Source: Balneola sp. (GTDB lineage: Bacteria > Bacteroidota > Rhodothermia > Balneolales > Balneolaceae). From it: a stretch of 64,000 nt of DNA. The notes below the pieces were generated by a model. The model made no database searches, was not told the DNA's origin, and saw nothing but the letters and a program-made list of their open reading frames with translations. Position 1 is the first letter of the stretch. Each line of letters opens with the position of its first letter. The stretch covers positions 1,167,126 through 1,231,125 of the forward strand of contig OZ244140.1 of assembly GCA_965216175.1 (NCBI GenBank). The letters run 5' to 3'. The translations under genes were made by a program, and so were the position numbers. This document shows, one piece after another, positions 1 through 10,148 of this stretch.

Positions 1-750
1 AGCACAAAAAATAGCGTCAGGGAATCGTCCCATTTTCTGGTATTTATTAATAGCTTCAAATCCGGCTTCTTCGGTGAAACCGCCATGCTTTTCTGACTCG
101 CCTGTAATAAAAAGAGAGTCATCGATCTTCATTTTGTAGTTCTTTAAAGCGTCTTTAAATCCTCGCTCTCTTTGGCTGGATGATCTGTTTTTAGTTATAG
201 TACTGATCATGCCAATATTCTGAAATCCCTTTTTCACCAAATGCTCACCCGACATATACCCTCCCTGATAGTCGTTAAGCATAAAATAGTTGTAAGATTC
301 GTGAGAAGTATTTACTAAAACAACGGGAGTTTGAGTGGACTGTAAAACTTCATGGATTTTATCTGTTACATCGATGGATAGAAGAATGAGAGCATCAGCT
401 GTACCGCGATCAAAGAAATTGTGAACTGCTTCCTCAGGATTTTTAGAGCCGGTATTGTAAAGTATAATATCGAGATCCATTTTTTTGATCTCATCTTTTA
501 CACCTTTCAGAACTTCATTAAAAAAAGGAGTTGTAAAAGAAGGAACTGCAATTGCGAGCATTTGAGGTTCTTTGCTAGCTAGTTTTCGGGCACTTACCTG
601 TGGACGAAAATTCAACTCTTTAATAGCAGCATTAACTTTTATCTTTGTTTCTTCTGAAACGTTTTCAGAATTGTTTAATACTCTTGATACTGTTGAAATA
701 GCAACACTAGCTTTTTTTGCCACTTCGTAGATTGTCACTTTTTTGTTCAT
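1..750 (-). CDS. LacI-family transcriptional regulator (3' end runs off window)
   Basis: Not in ORF track. ATG at 750; hand translation gives MNKKVTIYEVAKKASVAISTVSRVLNN (LacI HTH) followed by a periplasmic-binding-like domain, open to position 1. Confidence 0.92.
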   Translation of the reverse strand, partial: MNKKVTIYEVAKKASVAISTVSRVLNNSENVSEETKIKVNAAIKELNFRPQVSARKLASKEPQMLAIAVPSFTTPFFNEVLKGVKDEIKKMDLDIILYNTGSKNPEEAVHNFFDRGTADALILLSIDVTDKIHEVLQSTQTPVVLVNTSHESYNYFMLNDYQGGYMSGEHLVKKGFQNIGMISTITKNRSSSQRERGFKDALKNYKMKIDDSLFITGESEKHGGFTEEAGFEAINKYQKMGRFPDAIFCA

Positions 751-922
751 AGATTCTCCTGATGGAAGATGAACTCAACCGTTATTATTAATTTTCAAAG
801 GTTAGAAGTTAACTTTTGAATGCCTCCAAAGATAATGAAGTTTTTAAAACATGTTTGTTACTAGAAATTTAAATCTGAACAGGAACTTTTTGCGTAGAAT
901 TTAGCATTATAGCGATATCAAA

Positions 923-1897
923 ATGACAAACTTTTTTCAAATACCATATTCGCTTTTCAGACCCATTTATGAGATGACTTCGTTTCACAAATCAGTGATT
1001 GAGGATGTTTCTGATGAAGAGCTGAAGCAAGCCTATAGCCATTGTAGAGCTATAACTCGTTATCATGCAAAGACTTTCTATTTGGCGACTCGGTTTTTAC
1101 CAAACGAGAAGCAACGTGGAATTTTTGCTATATACGGGATGTGTCGTTATTTGGATAATCTTGTTGATGACGCAGAAGACCTTATTAAGAATGAAAAACT
1201 TACGCTCTCAGAAGTGGATTTAAAGTTGGATGAATTTAAAAAAAACCTGAGTCTTGTTTACGAGGGTTGTTCTGTAAGCGATCCTATTCTTGTTGCTTAT
1301 TCAGATACTCTGAAGAAATTTAATATTCCCATCGAGCTGCCTCTCACATTGATCGAAGGGGTACGCCAAGATCTTGATAAGACCCGATTCAAAAATTTTG
1401 AGGAGATTTATGATTATTCTTATAAAGTAGCTTCAGTTGTAGGATTGATGACAAGTGAAGTATTCGGGTATTCTTGCAATGACGCGCTCGACAGAGCAGT
1501 CGATTTAGGGATTGCGATGCAACTTACCAACATACTTCGGGATATTGGAGAGGATCTGGAAAGAGGCAGAATATATATACCCAAAGAAGAACTGGAAAAG
1601 TTTAACATTACTGAAGAAGAGCTATTTAACAAAGATAAAAGCGACAAATTCGTTGCGTTGATGAAATTTCAAATTAAGAGAGCTCGTAAATATTATAGCA
1701 ATGCCTTTGAAGGAATAGAAATGTTGAATAAAGACAGTCGATTACCGGTTTATCTGGCTCATAGAAATTATAGTTGTATTCTGGATAAAATTGAGGAAAA
1801 TGATTTTGATGTGTTTAATCAGCGTGCATATTTGAATCAATCAGAAAAACTTTCAATGCTTCCTAAAGTTCTGCTCGACTTAAAAAAAGCCAGTTAA
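923..1897 (+). CDS. crtB: Phytoene synthase
   Basis: HAKTFYLATRFL, DNLVDD, YSYKVASVVG and LGIAMQLTNILRDIGED motifs. Confidence 0.93.
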   Translation: MTNFFQIPYSLFRPIYEMTSFHKSVIEDVSDEELKQAYSHCRAITRYHAKTFYLATRFLPNEKQRGIFAIYGMCRYLDNLVDDAEDLIKNEKLTLSEVDLKLDEFKKNLSLVYEGCSVSDPILVAYSDTLKKFNIPIELPLTLIEGVRQDLDKTRFKNFEEIYDYSYKVASVVGLMTSEVFGYSCNDALDRAVDLGIAMQLTNILRDIGEDLERGRIYIPKEELEKFNITEEELFNKDKSDKFVALMKFQIKRARKYYSNAFEGIEMLNKDSRLPVYLAHRNYSCILDKIEENDFDVFNQRAYLNQSEKLSMLPKVLLDLKKAS

Positions 1898-1959
1898 ATC
1901 CAACTTGGAGAATCTCTCTTTAAAGCGGTATTATTCCTTAAATCTAAAACCGCTATTAC

Positions 1960-3441
1960 ATGCCAGAAATAAAGAAAGTACTTATTGCAAACCGAGGTGA
2001 AATTGCGCTTCGTGTAATTCACTCTTGTAAGGAACTAGGAATTAAAACGGTAGCTGTGTATTCCCGACCTGATGCAGCGTCTCCACATGTGCTCCACGCC
2101 GACGAATCTGTTTTTATAGGTGAAGCCGCTTCATCAGAAAGCTATTTAGTAATGGACAAAATTATAGACGCTGTTAAGAAAACAGGAGCGGATGCTGTAC
2201 ACCCCGGTTACGGATTTTTGAGTGAAAATGCTGCTTTTGCCGAACGCTGTAAAAAAGAGAACATTATTTTTATTGGTCCGGAGCCAAAAGCTATCACGGT
2301 GATGGGTGATAAAACAGCTGCGAGAAAATTAGTTACTCAACTTGGAATTCCAACACCTCCGGGACTTAAGTCAGAGTTAAAAGATCTTGAAGAAGCTTCA
2401 AAAATTGCCGATGAGATCGGGTATCCCATTTTAGTAAAAGCTGCTGCAGGTGGTGGGGGGAAGGGAATGCGCATCGTTAATAAAAAAGAAGAATTTGAGA
2501 GTAGTATAAAAGCAGCTAAATCAGAAGCAAAAAATGCATTTGGTGATGATCGTATTTATATCGAAAAATATTTGGAAGAACCACGACATGTGGAATTTCA
2601 AATTATGGCAGATACTCACGGCAATGTTGTTCATGTTTTTGACAGAGAATGTTCTATTCAGCGTAGGCATCAAAAAGTAATTGAAGAGGCACCTTGTGCT
2701 TTATTAACTCCTGAACTTAGAAGTAAAATGGCAGATGCAGCAATTAAAGCTGCAAAAGGATGTGATTATGTAGGAGCCGGAACTATCGAGTTTTTGGTGG
2801 ATAAGCACTTGGATTTCTATTTTCTGGAAATGAATACCAGATTACAAGTAGAGCATCCTGTGACGGAAATGATATCCGGAGTTGATCTTGTAGCCACACA
2901 GATTTTGGTGGCAGAAGGTAAAGAACTTCCTTTTACTCAGGATGATCTGGAAATAAATGGCCATTCAGTTGAGTGTAGAATTTATGCTGAAGACCCAGAA
3001 GACAACTTTATGCCAAGTACAGGTAAATTATTTAAACATCGTGTGCCAACCGGCGATGGAATTCGTGTAGATTCAGGTGTTGAAGAAGGGCAGGAGATTA
3101 CCATTAATTACGATCCAATGATCTCAAAGTTGACTGTTCATGGAAAAAACAGACAAGCTGCTATAAACAAAATGTTACGTGCATTGGATGAATATGAGAT
3201 CGTGGGCTGTAAAACTACGATACCATTTTGTGAATATACACTTAGGCACGAATCGTTTGTTGAAGCAAAATACGACACTCATTTCGTAAAGGATCATTTC
3301 AATCCTGAAGATACCCAAAGCAAAGTGAATGAAAATATTATAGCTTTGGCTGCTACTTTATTAAAAAATACCGAATCATCTACAACAGAAGCAATAACCA
3401 GTGAAAATAGTGCATCTGATTGGTGGCTAAACAGAAGATAG
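1960..3441 (+). CDS. accC: Acetyl-CoA carboxylase, biotin carboxylase subunit
   Basis: KVLIANRGEIA, HPGYGFLSEN, GGGGKGMR and EMNTRLQVEHPVTE motifs. Confidence 0.93.
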   Translation: MPEIKKVLIANRGEIALRVIHSCKELGIKTVAVYSRPDAASPHVLHADESVFIGEAASSESYLVMDKIIDAVKKTGADAVHPGYGFLSENAAFAERCKKENIIFIGPEPKAITVMGDKTAARKLVTQLGIPTPPGLKSELKDLEEASKIADEIGYPILVKAAAGGGGKGMRIVNKKEEFESSIKAAKSEAKNAFGDDRIYIEKYLEEPRHVEFQIMADTHGNVVHVFDRECSIQRRHQKVIEEAPCALLTPELRSKMADAAIKAAKGCDYVGAGTIEFLVDKHLDFYFLEMNTRLQVEHPVTEMISGVDLVATQILVAEGKELPFTQDDLEINGHSVECRIYAEDPEDNFMPSTGKLFKHRVPTGDGIRVDSGVEEGQEITINYDPMISKLTVHGKNRQAAINKMLRALDEYEIVGCKTTIPFCEYTLRHESFVEAKYDTHFVKDHFNPEDTQSKVNENIIALAATLLKNTESSTTEAITSENSASDWWLNRR

Positions 3442-3455
3442 AAAATTATTAAAAA

Positions 3456-4385
3456 ATGAATCAGGCCGAACAATTATATAAGAAACTGGAAAAGTTAGCT
3501 ACAGAGCAACGAAATGAGTCAAGTTTGGAAATTGATGTTGCCTCAGCTGATGAGATCGTAACAATAATAAATCAGGAGGATCAAAAAGTTGCTCAACTTG
3601 TGTCAAGAAGATTGAATGTAATAGCTGAAGCAGTTGAAATGATTAGTGAATCGTTTAATCTTGGCGGCAGATTGCTTTACTTTGGGGCAGGAACAAGCGG
3701 TCGCCTTGGTGTAGTGGATGCCTCTGAGTGCCCTCCAACTTTCGGGTCAGATCCGGATCAGGTTCAAGGATTTATAGCCGGCGGTAAGGAAGCGATGTAC
3801 ACCGCAAAGGAAGGCGCCGAAGATTTGGAAGAAAATGGAGAAGAAGAAATAAGAGACAGAGAAATTTTTCCTCCTGACGTTGTTTGTGGACTTGCTGCAA
3901 GTGGCAGAACTCCCTACGTAATTGGCGCAATTAATGAAGCCAAAAAAAGAGGCTGTAAAACCATTCTTGTAACTACTGTTCCAAAAGAACAACTAGAGGT
4001 AGAGCCGGATTTTATAATTGACGTACCTGTTGGCCCTGAGGTGGTGATGGGAAGTACAAGAATGAAAAGTGGAACTGCTCAAAAAATGGTACTTAACATG
4101 CTCACAACTGGTGCTATGATCAGGCAGGGTAAAGTTTATGAAAACGTAATGGTAGATCTTCAGCTTACAAATAAAAAGTTGGTAGAGCGAGCTAAAAGAA
4201 TAATTACAATGTTTACAAATCTCAACTATGAAGAGGCTTCATCTTATTTAATTGAGGCGGACAATCATGTTAAAACAGCTTTAGTTATGGCAATCGGTAA
4301 AGTTGAAAAGAATGAGGCTAAAGATGTTTTATCAAGAAATAAAGGGTTTATCAGAAAAGCCATTGAAGAGCTGTCAGTAAAATGA
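3456..4385 (+). CDS. murQ: N-acetylmuramic acid 6-phosphate etherase
   Basis: GAGTSGRLGVVDASECPPTFG and GPEVVMGSTRMKSGTAQKMVLNMLTT motifs. Confidence 0.95.
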   Translation: MNQAEQLYKKLEKLATEQRNESSLEIDVASADEIVTIINQEDQKVAQLVSRRLNVIAEAVEMISESFNLGGRLLYFGAGTSGRLGVVDASECPPTFGSDPDQVQGFIAGGKEAMYTAKEGAEDLEENGEEEIRDREIFPPDVVCGLAASGRTPYVIGAINEAKKRGCKTILVTTVPKEQLEVEPDFIIDVPVGPEVVMGSTRMKSGTAQKMVLNMLTTGAMIRQGKVYENVMVDLQLTNKKLVERAKRIITMFTNLNYEEASSYLIEADNHVKTALVMAIGKVEKNEAKDVLSRNKGFIRKAIEELSVK

Positions 4386-5107
4386 AAACGCTATTCAGTA
4401 TTTTCCTATGGAGCTATTTTGTAGTTCTGTTTGCTGTTTTTTTTATTCTGATTTTAATTGCATTCATTTTTACTTTTCCATTTGACCGGTACAGAAAAAT
4501 ACCTAATCGTATACTTTCAGTAATGGCTAGGTTGATGATGAAGGCGAGCCCAAAGTGGAATATAAAAATAGAAGGAGAGTCTAAATTTAATCCTGAAAAA
4601 CCCACAGTATTTATAGCAAATCATCAAAGTTTTCTAGATATGGCCTTAACATATCATTTGCCATGGCAAATGAAGTGGGTTTCGAAGAGAAGTTTAGCTT
4701 TTATTCCTGTAATGGGGTGGCTAGTTTGGCTAACCGGACACCTTACAATTAACCGGAAAAGTAAATCTGCGCTAAAAAAATTAGATAATCTGGTACAACC
4801 TCTAAAAGATCTGGTTCCTGTGATGATATTCCCGGAAGGTACCCGAACTTTAGACGGTGAACTAAAGCGATTTAAGAACGGAGCCTTTTTACTTGCTCAT
4901 GAATATGGTTTTGATATTCAGCCAATGGTATTAAATGGTGGGCATATAGCTATGAAGTCTGGTTCTAAGATCGTTGAACCGGTAGTCGATTTTACAATTT
5001 CTATCCTGAATCCGATTTCAACAAAAGAATTTGATGATATAAACACATTAAAAGATCATGCACATCAGTTAATAGCTAAAGAATTAAAACGAATTAGAGC
5101 TAATTGA
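4382..5107 (+). CDS. plsC: 1-acyl-sn-glycerol-3-phosphate acyltransferase
   Basis: NHQSFLD (HX4D) and FPEGTR motifs; ATGA overlap with murQ. Confidence 0.85.
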   Translation: MKTLFSIFLWSYFVVLFAVFFILILIAFIFTFPFDRYRKIPNRILSVMARLMMKASPKWNIKIEGESKFNPEKPTVFIANHQSFLDMALTYHLPWQMKWVSKRSLAFIPVMGWLVWLTGHLTINRKSKSALKKLDNLVQPLKDLVPVMIFPEGTRTLDGELKRFKNGAFLLAHEYGFDIQPMVLNGGHIAMKSGSKIVEPVVDFTISILNPISTKEFDDINTLKDHAHQLIAKELKRIRAN

Positions 5108-5784
5108 GTTTTTTTGATAAAAATAAATTTTATAACAACACTAATTATAAGCATAGAATTATGCTTTGTATTATTGGAGTTCAGCTTATCTTTATTGGGA
5201 TTTTTAAATTTTGGCCTTTTGAAATACAGGATAGCGAAGACAAATATTTCGTAGCACCAAACCAGGAAATTTTCGTCGAGCAATCAATCGCCACGAAACA
5301 AGAAACTGCACCGGCTAGTCCTCCCAAACCTCAAATACCTATACCGGTACCTTCAGATGAAGTAATTGAAGAAGACATTGAGATCATGGACTTTAATGAT
5401 TTGCTCTCATTTGAAAAGATAGGAGAAGGAGAAGTAGGGCAGACCGGCGATTCTGATGAAGCAGTGGCAAGTCCTGAAAAACCACCAAGCCCTCTTAAAA
5501 TAACTGAACCTGCAACGCCAAAAGAAGCCCGTGATGCTGATATTATTGCAGAAGTATTTATTACTTTTTTAGTAACTAAAACAGGGGAGGTCGAAGATAT
5601 ATATATATCAAGCATAAGAAAATACAAGCCAAACCGTAAAGACTTTGAAATTGTTGACGACATAGGTTATGGTATTATAAGGGTTTCATTGGATGCGGCT
5701 AACAAGTGGAGATTCAATCCGGCAAAGGATAATGGAGTTGCTGTAAAAGCATATACAACTCAGGTATTTTCTTTCGGATTTTAA
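5104..5784 (+). CDS. TonB-like energy transducer (TM anchor, Pro-rich linker, TonB C-terminal domain)
   Basis: Single TM segment, APASPPKPQIPIPVP linker, C-terminal AANKWRFNPAKDNGVAV. Start may instead be ATG 5161. Confidence 0.75.
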   Translation: MSFFDKNKFYNNTNYKHRIMLCIIGVQLIFIGIFKFWPFEIQDSEDKYFVAPNQEIFVEQSIATKQETAPASPPKPQIPIPVPSDEVIEEDIEIMDFNDLLSFEKIGEGEVGQTGDSDEAVASPEKPPSPLKITEPATPKEARDADIIAEVFITFLVTKTGEVEDIYISSIRKYKPNRKDFEIVDDIGYGIIRVSLDAANKWRFNPAKDNGVAVKAYTTQVFSFGF

Positions 5785-5842
5785 CTGTTGATATACAGTG
5801 ATAATTACTCTATCATTGACGCCCATTCATTATTGAATAAAC

Positions 5843-5930
5843 GGAGAGGTGCCGGAGCGGTCGAACGGGCTCGCCTGGAAAGCGTGTGTGCCTCACAAGG
5901 GTACCGAGGGTTCGAATCCCTCCCTCTCCG
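5843..5930 (+). tRNA. tRNA-Ser (anticodon GGA)
   Basis: Acceptor GGAGAGG/CCTCTCC plus discriminator G; anticodon loop CT-GGA-AA; long variable arm; T-arm GAGGG-TTCGAAT-CCCTC. CCA not encoded; one U-U mismatch in the anticodon stem. Confidence 0.96.
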
Positions 5931-6294
5931 CTCTTATTTTTATGTCAATTCAATGTATCACAATTTTAAGCTTACCGACCTAAACCTTAAGATCTATATA
6001 GGTACTTATGCCTACTAGAATGAGTAATTCTTCCTATAGAAAAATTATATCAAAAAATGAATCTTAGAATCAAAAAAACATTCAAAGAAAAAGAGGTTTT
6101 AGATTATAATCTATTTTCAATAATGGAATGGAATATTATAGTAATAATGTAAGTTTTAGACTTATTTGATATACTACCGAAATATGTAGCGCTTTTATTA
6201 TTACATATTCTTAATATACTTGCTCAAAAAAAAACGTATTATTTCGGCTGTGTTTTAAACACAAAGGAATTCAATTAAAACAAGATCTACATAG

Positions 6295-8544
6295 ATGGCT
6301 AAATTCAAATACATTCTGTGTGCTTTTTTCATATTCGGCTTTTTTGCTTCGTGTGACTTGAGCATTCCGGACAAACCCGATTTTAAAACAGCACAAACGG
6401 TTGAAGTACCACTAATCAATAATAAAACATATGTTTTCTTAGGTGATAGCACAGGAGCTCTTATTGATTCTACTAGTGAGGATTTAGATTCTCTTTTTAT
6501 TGTAGATCCTTCAAGTGGTTTAATTTCAATTACAACAGATGAAGAGTTTGACTTTGGCGACTTAGACGATGCTATTCCTGAGATCGATGGAAGTAACACT
6601 TCTTTCAGTTCGGAAGTAGGTGAAATTGAAATTGGTAGTTTTTCATCAGGTGGCGGAGATTTAGGATCCACTAACTTCTCAGAGATTTCAGGAGGAGCAA
6701 CACCTCCGGCAGGAACTCCGGTGCCTGCAGGTAGCAACGCCGCCATGCCGGTTAATATTAATATTGGAAGTAATACAGATTTCTTCTCCAGTGCGACTAT
6801 ACGAGATGGTGCTTTAGATATCACCGTTACGAATGAACTTGGTTTTGAAATTCAAACTCTTGATGTAACTTTGCTTTCTGATGACTCACAAGTTGGTACT
6901 GTTGCTAGTTTTTCAAATCTTACAGTAGGTGCTACAGAAACAGCTAGTGTTACTTTTACAGATGGCGATCAATTAAGTAACATTGCAGTTGAAGTAGTAT
7001 TGACTTGGGATGGTTTTACTTATCCAGCTAATGATGGTGATTTGATTATTAATACTGCAAATGGTTCTGATCTTTTTGCGTCTTCTGTAACTGCTAATCT
7101 TGAACCACAAGATTTCAGTACTTCCAGTACTTCAACTTTTAGTGATACTGAATTTCGATTTACTGATCCAAGTCATTATGTACAGTTAAACTCAGGACAA
7201 ATCTCAGTTACTAATCTTGTCAATGATATGGGAATCGGAATCGAAACACTTCAGATTTCTTTTCCGGGTATTAGAAATGATGACTTTGGAGTTGAAGATA
7301 GCTTGGTTTTAAACTTTCCTTCCATTCCAAGAAATAGTACAGCTTCAGATGTTACAGTTGACTTAACCGGTTATAGAATTTTCGCCGAGAATAATGAAGT
7401 TTCATATAATATTATTTCGGCTACTGAAAATACGCAAACTGGTCCTAATGCAGGAGCAGTTACAATTGCTGAAACTGATGAAATAACAGCAACAGTTGAT
7501 ATTTCCAACTTAGGGATTGAAACTGCGTTTGGAATTATACTTGCTCAGAATGTTCTTCTTGGGGATAATGATCTAAGTAACGATAATGGTTCTGAAATAC
7601 TTGATGTATTTAATGATAATGAAGCTGAAATAACTAGCATTGATGGTCTGGATGAGCTTTCCGATCAAATTGATGGATTTCAATTCACGAACCCGATTAT
7701 AAATATAAACTACAACTCAAATATTTCAATTGAGACTACTATTTATGCAGCCTTAGTTGGTGTAGATGGACAAGGAAACGAAGTTTATCTTACCGGAAAA
7801 AGCGGAAGTGCTAATGAAGTTGTAGAAGCCGATCGTTCTTCTTTTACTGGGCTTGTTGCTAATGGGGTACAACTAGACCCTAATCAATTGATCAAATTTT
7901 CAATTGATAATAACAGTGATTGTCAAAGTAATACTTGTCAAATTCCTTTCAACACCGCCACTACAAATGTTGACGATTTTTTAAACAACCTGCCAAGTGA
8001 TATACGATTCATTGGTAGAGCTGTGGTAAATGAAGGAGAGAACGAAGCTTCAATTCAAACTCCACTTGAATTCGACCCAAACCTAAACGTCGATCTGCCA
8101 CTAGCATTTAGCACTGAAGTTGGAGCACCGGCTAGTTTTACTGACTCACTAGATTTTAGTATTGACCCCGGAGATGATCTGCAGGAAGGAAGTATATTTA
8201 TTGTGTATTCTAACAATCTTCCAATGGGTTTAAACATCTTTCTATCGTTTCAAGATTCACTTGATAATGAATTGTTTGAACTACCTATTGCCGGAGAAGA
8301 AATAAGGTTAAGAGCAGCTCCTGTAGATGATGTAACCGGCTTTTCAAATGGCAGTACTGATAATTCTTTCAGTTTTACATTAACAGAAAATGAATTAACA
8401 TCACTTAAAGATGTGGATTTTGTCGAGTTTTCGATAAACTTAAGATCATCAGAAAATAAAGCAGTTAAACTAAGAGCGAATGATTCATTCACAATTAGTT
8501 TAGGGGCTCGAATTAAAATACAAACCGAAGTTAAAGGCAAATAG
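6295..8544 (+). CDS. Large acidic beta-rich lipoprotein of unknown function
   Basis: Lipobox-like FFASC after a hydrophobic leader; D/S/T/N-rich, 749 aa. Confidence 0.75.
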   Translation: MAKFKYILCAFFIFGFFASCDLSIPDKPDFKTAQTVEVPLINNKTYVFLGDSTGALIDSTSEDLDSLFIVDPSSGLISITTDEEFDFGDLDDAIPEIDGSNTSFSSEVGEIEIGSFSSGGGDLGSTNFSEISGGATPPAGTPVPAGSNAAMPVNINIGSNTDFFSSATIRDGALDITVTNELGFEIQTLDVTLLSDDSQVGTVASFSNLTVGATETASVTFTDGDQLSNIAVEVVLTWDGFTYPANDGDLIINTANGSDLFASSVTANLEPQDFSTSSTSTFSDTEFRFTDPSHYVQLNSGQISVTNLVNDMGIGIETLQISFPGIRNDDFGVEDSLVLNFPSIPRNSTASDVTVDLTGYRIFAENNEVSYNIISATENTQTGPNAGAVTIAETDEITATVDISNLGIETAFGIILAQNVLLGDNDLSNDNGSEILDVFNDNEAEITSIDGLDELSDQIDGFQFTNPIININYNSNISIETTIYAALVGVDGQGNEVYLTGKSGSANEVVEADRSSFTGLVANGVQLDPNQLIKFSIDNNSDCQSNTCQIPFNTATTNVDDFLNNLPSDIRFIGRAVVNEGENEASIQTPLEFDPNLNVDLPLAFSTEVGAPASFTDSLDFSIDPGDDLQEGSIFIVYSNNLPMGLNIFLSFQDSLDNELFELPIAGEEIRLRAAPVDDVTGFSNGSTDNSFSFTLTENELTSLKDVDFVEFSINLRSSENKAVKLRANDSFTISLGARIKIQTEVKGK

Positions 8545-8555
8545 GAGGTAACAAA

Positions 8556-10067
8556 ATGAAAAAAATAATATCAATAAGTTTATTTGTTATTCTGTTTACC
8601 TCACTAGAGGCAATCAGTCAATCAAGACATTTTAATTCTATGAGTCTTGGAATGGGAGGCGGAGGAACAGCATATGTTGATGGTTACCATGCAAACTTTG
8701 TGAACCCTGCTAACCTGATGATCAATCCAACTAGAAAGAGACCAAAAAGAAGTCTCGGTTTAGCAGGTGGAATTGGTTTAAGAGCTGGAGGTACACTCCT
8801 TAATCTGGATGTATATGATAAATACTTTACAAAAGGATTAACTCTGGAAGGAGAATTAGCCGAGAATATGCTTACAGAGCTATTTGGTGGAACAAATTCT
8901 AATCTTACAAGGGATGCTTCGTCAACATTTAGTTTAGTTCCTTTTGGCTTTTCAAATCGAGGAAAGAAATCATCTGTAAGTCTTGCAACAAGAGTAAGAG
9001 TTACCGAGAGTTTTAATATAAATCGAGGCTTTGCTGAAGTTGGTGTTTATGGATTAGATCCGGAAGAACTGGATGATATTACACCGGTAAATTTCTCTTT
9101 TGGAGCAGTAGCTTATAGTGAAATATCAATTGGGTATGCACGTGAAATTCTAAGCTTACCAGACCTTCTTTTTGCTAAGAATGTGAAGCTTTATGCAGGT
9201 ATTGCACCTAAATATATTATCGGAATTCAGCAATCTACATTAGATTTTAACTCAACTATTCAGTTACAGAGAAATGGAAATAGCCAATATGTAAATAGGA
9301 TTATCCATGACTTTGACTACAGTCTCAACACATCAGGTGCATTAGCACAGGATTTAAGAGACTTTGAAGCTGATTATGATGCAGATAATAGCGTAGTTAT
9401 TGATGATTATATTGGTGACAACGGGAGTGCGGCTGATGTGAATGCTACAGGATTCGGGCTTGATCTAGGAGCGACATTAGAAATGGATATTTCCGGAGTT
9501 CCGATTATTGATGGCTTTTTTGGAAAGACAAAGACATTAAGGGTTTCGATGTCAATTACGGATATTGGAAAACTTGATTTCAATAAAACTCCAACGGCAA
9601 TTACTGCAAATGGTGAATTTGATTTTACCGGAGCAGGAAATGATAAAGAACCGGGAGATTTTTATGATGATCTTGCAGATAGCCTTCAAAATCAAGTCTA
9701 TGGAGATTTCGATGCAGATGACCTAACCGGTTTTGAGTATGAACTTCCGACAATGTACAACTTTGGAGCTTCCTTAGTTATGGGCAAACTTACTACATCT
9801 GTTGATTACGGTTTTGGATTTAATGATAGTGGAACCAATCGTAAAAACAGCGTATTAAACTTAGGTTTAGAATACCGGCTACTTGGGCTTATTCCACTTC
9901 GAGTTGGAACAAGAGTAGGTGGATATTCATCTAATGTCTATTCAGCAGGAGCAGGTATTGATCTCAATTTCCTTGAACTATCTGCAGGACTTTCTATTGT
10001 TGGAAATGACACTGAGAACGGTGGTGCTATTGCTACAGCATTTAGCGGATTGTTACTTCGTTTCTGA
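8556..10067 (+). CDS. Outer-membrane beta-barrel protein, DUF5723-like
   Basis: Signal peptide, SLGMGGGG...NPANL N-terminus, GFGLDLG and PLRVG strands, C-terminal F; AGGAGG RBS upstream. Confidence 0.7.
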   Translation: MKKIISISLFVILFTSLEAISQSRHFNSMSLGMGGGGTAYVDGYHANFVNPANLMINPTRKRPKRSLGLAGGIGLRAGGTLLNLDVYDKYFTKGLTLEGELAENMLTELFGGTNSNLTRDASSTFSLVPFGFSNRGKKSSVSLATRVRVTESFNINRGFAEVGVYGLDPEELDDITPVNFSFGAVAYSEISIGYAREILSLPDLLFAKNVKLYAGIAPKYIIGIQQSTLDFNSTIQLQRNGNSQYVNRIIHDFDYSLNTSGALAQDLRDFEADYDADNSVVIDDYIGDNGSAADVNATGFGLDLGATLEMDISGVPIIDGFFGKTKTLRVSMSITDIGKLDFNKTPTAITANGEFDFTGAGNDKEPGDFYDDLADSLQNQVYGDFDADDLTGFEYELPTMYNFGASLVMGKLTTSVDYGFGFNDSGTNRKNSVLNLGLEYRLLGLIPLRVGTRVGGYSSNVYSAGAGIDLNFLELSAGLSIVGNDTENGGAIATAFSGLLLRF

Positions 10068-10093
10068 TTTTTTTGACTTTATACTTTATTATG

Positions 10094-10127
10094 AAGCCTG
10101 TTATTTTTGTAATAACAGGCTTTTTTT
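10094..10127 (+). terminator. Rho-independent terminator
   Basis: AAGCCTGTTATT / AATAACAGGCTT stem, 5-nt loop, T7 tail. Confidence 0.85.
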
Positions 10128-10148
10128 ATACAAGAGGGTTAAAGCTCT

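Noticed and set aside
923-1897. crtB without adjacent crtI/crtY
   Set aside because: Scattered carotenoid genes are common; nothing unusual in the sequence.
5870-5885. U-U mismatch in the tRNA anticodon stem
   Set aside because: A single non-canonical pair is tolerated in many tRNAs; the rest of the cloverleaf is intact.
5788-6018. 76-aa ORF in the track
   Set aside because: It overlaps the tRNA-Ser gene entirely; spurious frame.
5843-10130. tRNA-Ser as the attachment site of a genomic island
   Set aside because: No integrase nearby, and I saw no second copy of the tRNA 3' end in the window (not exhaustively searched).
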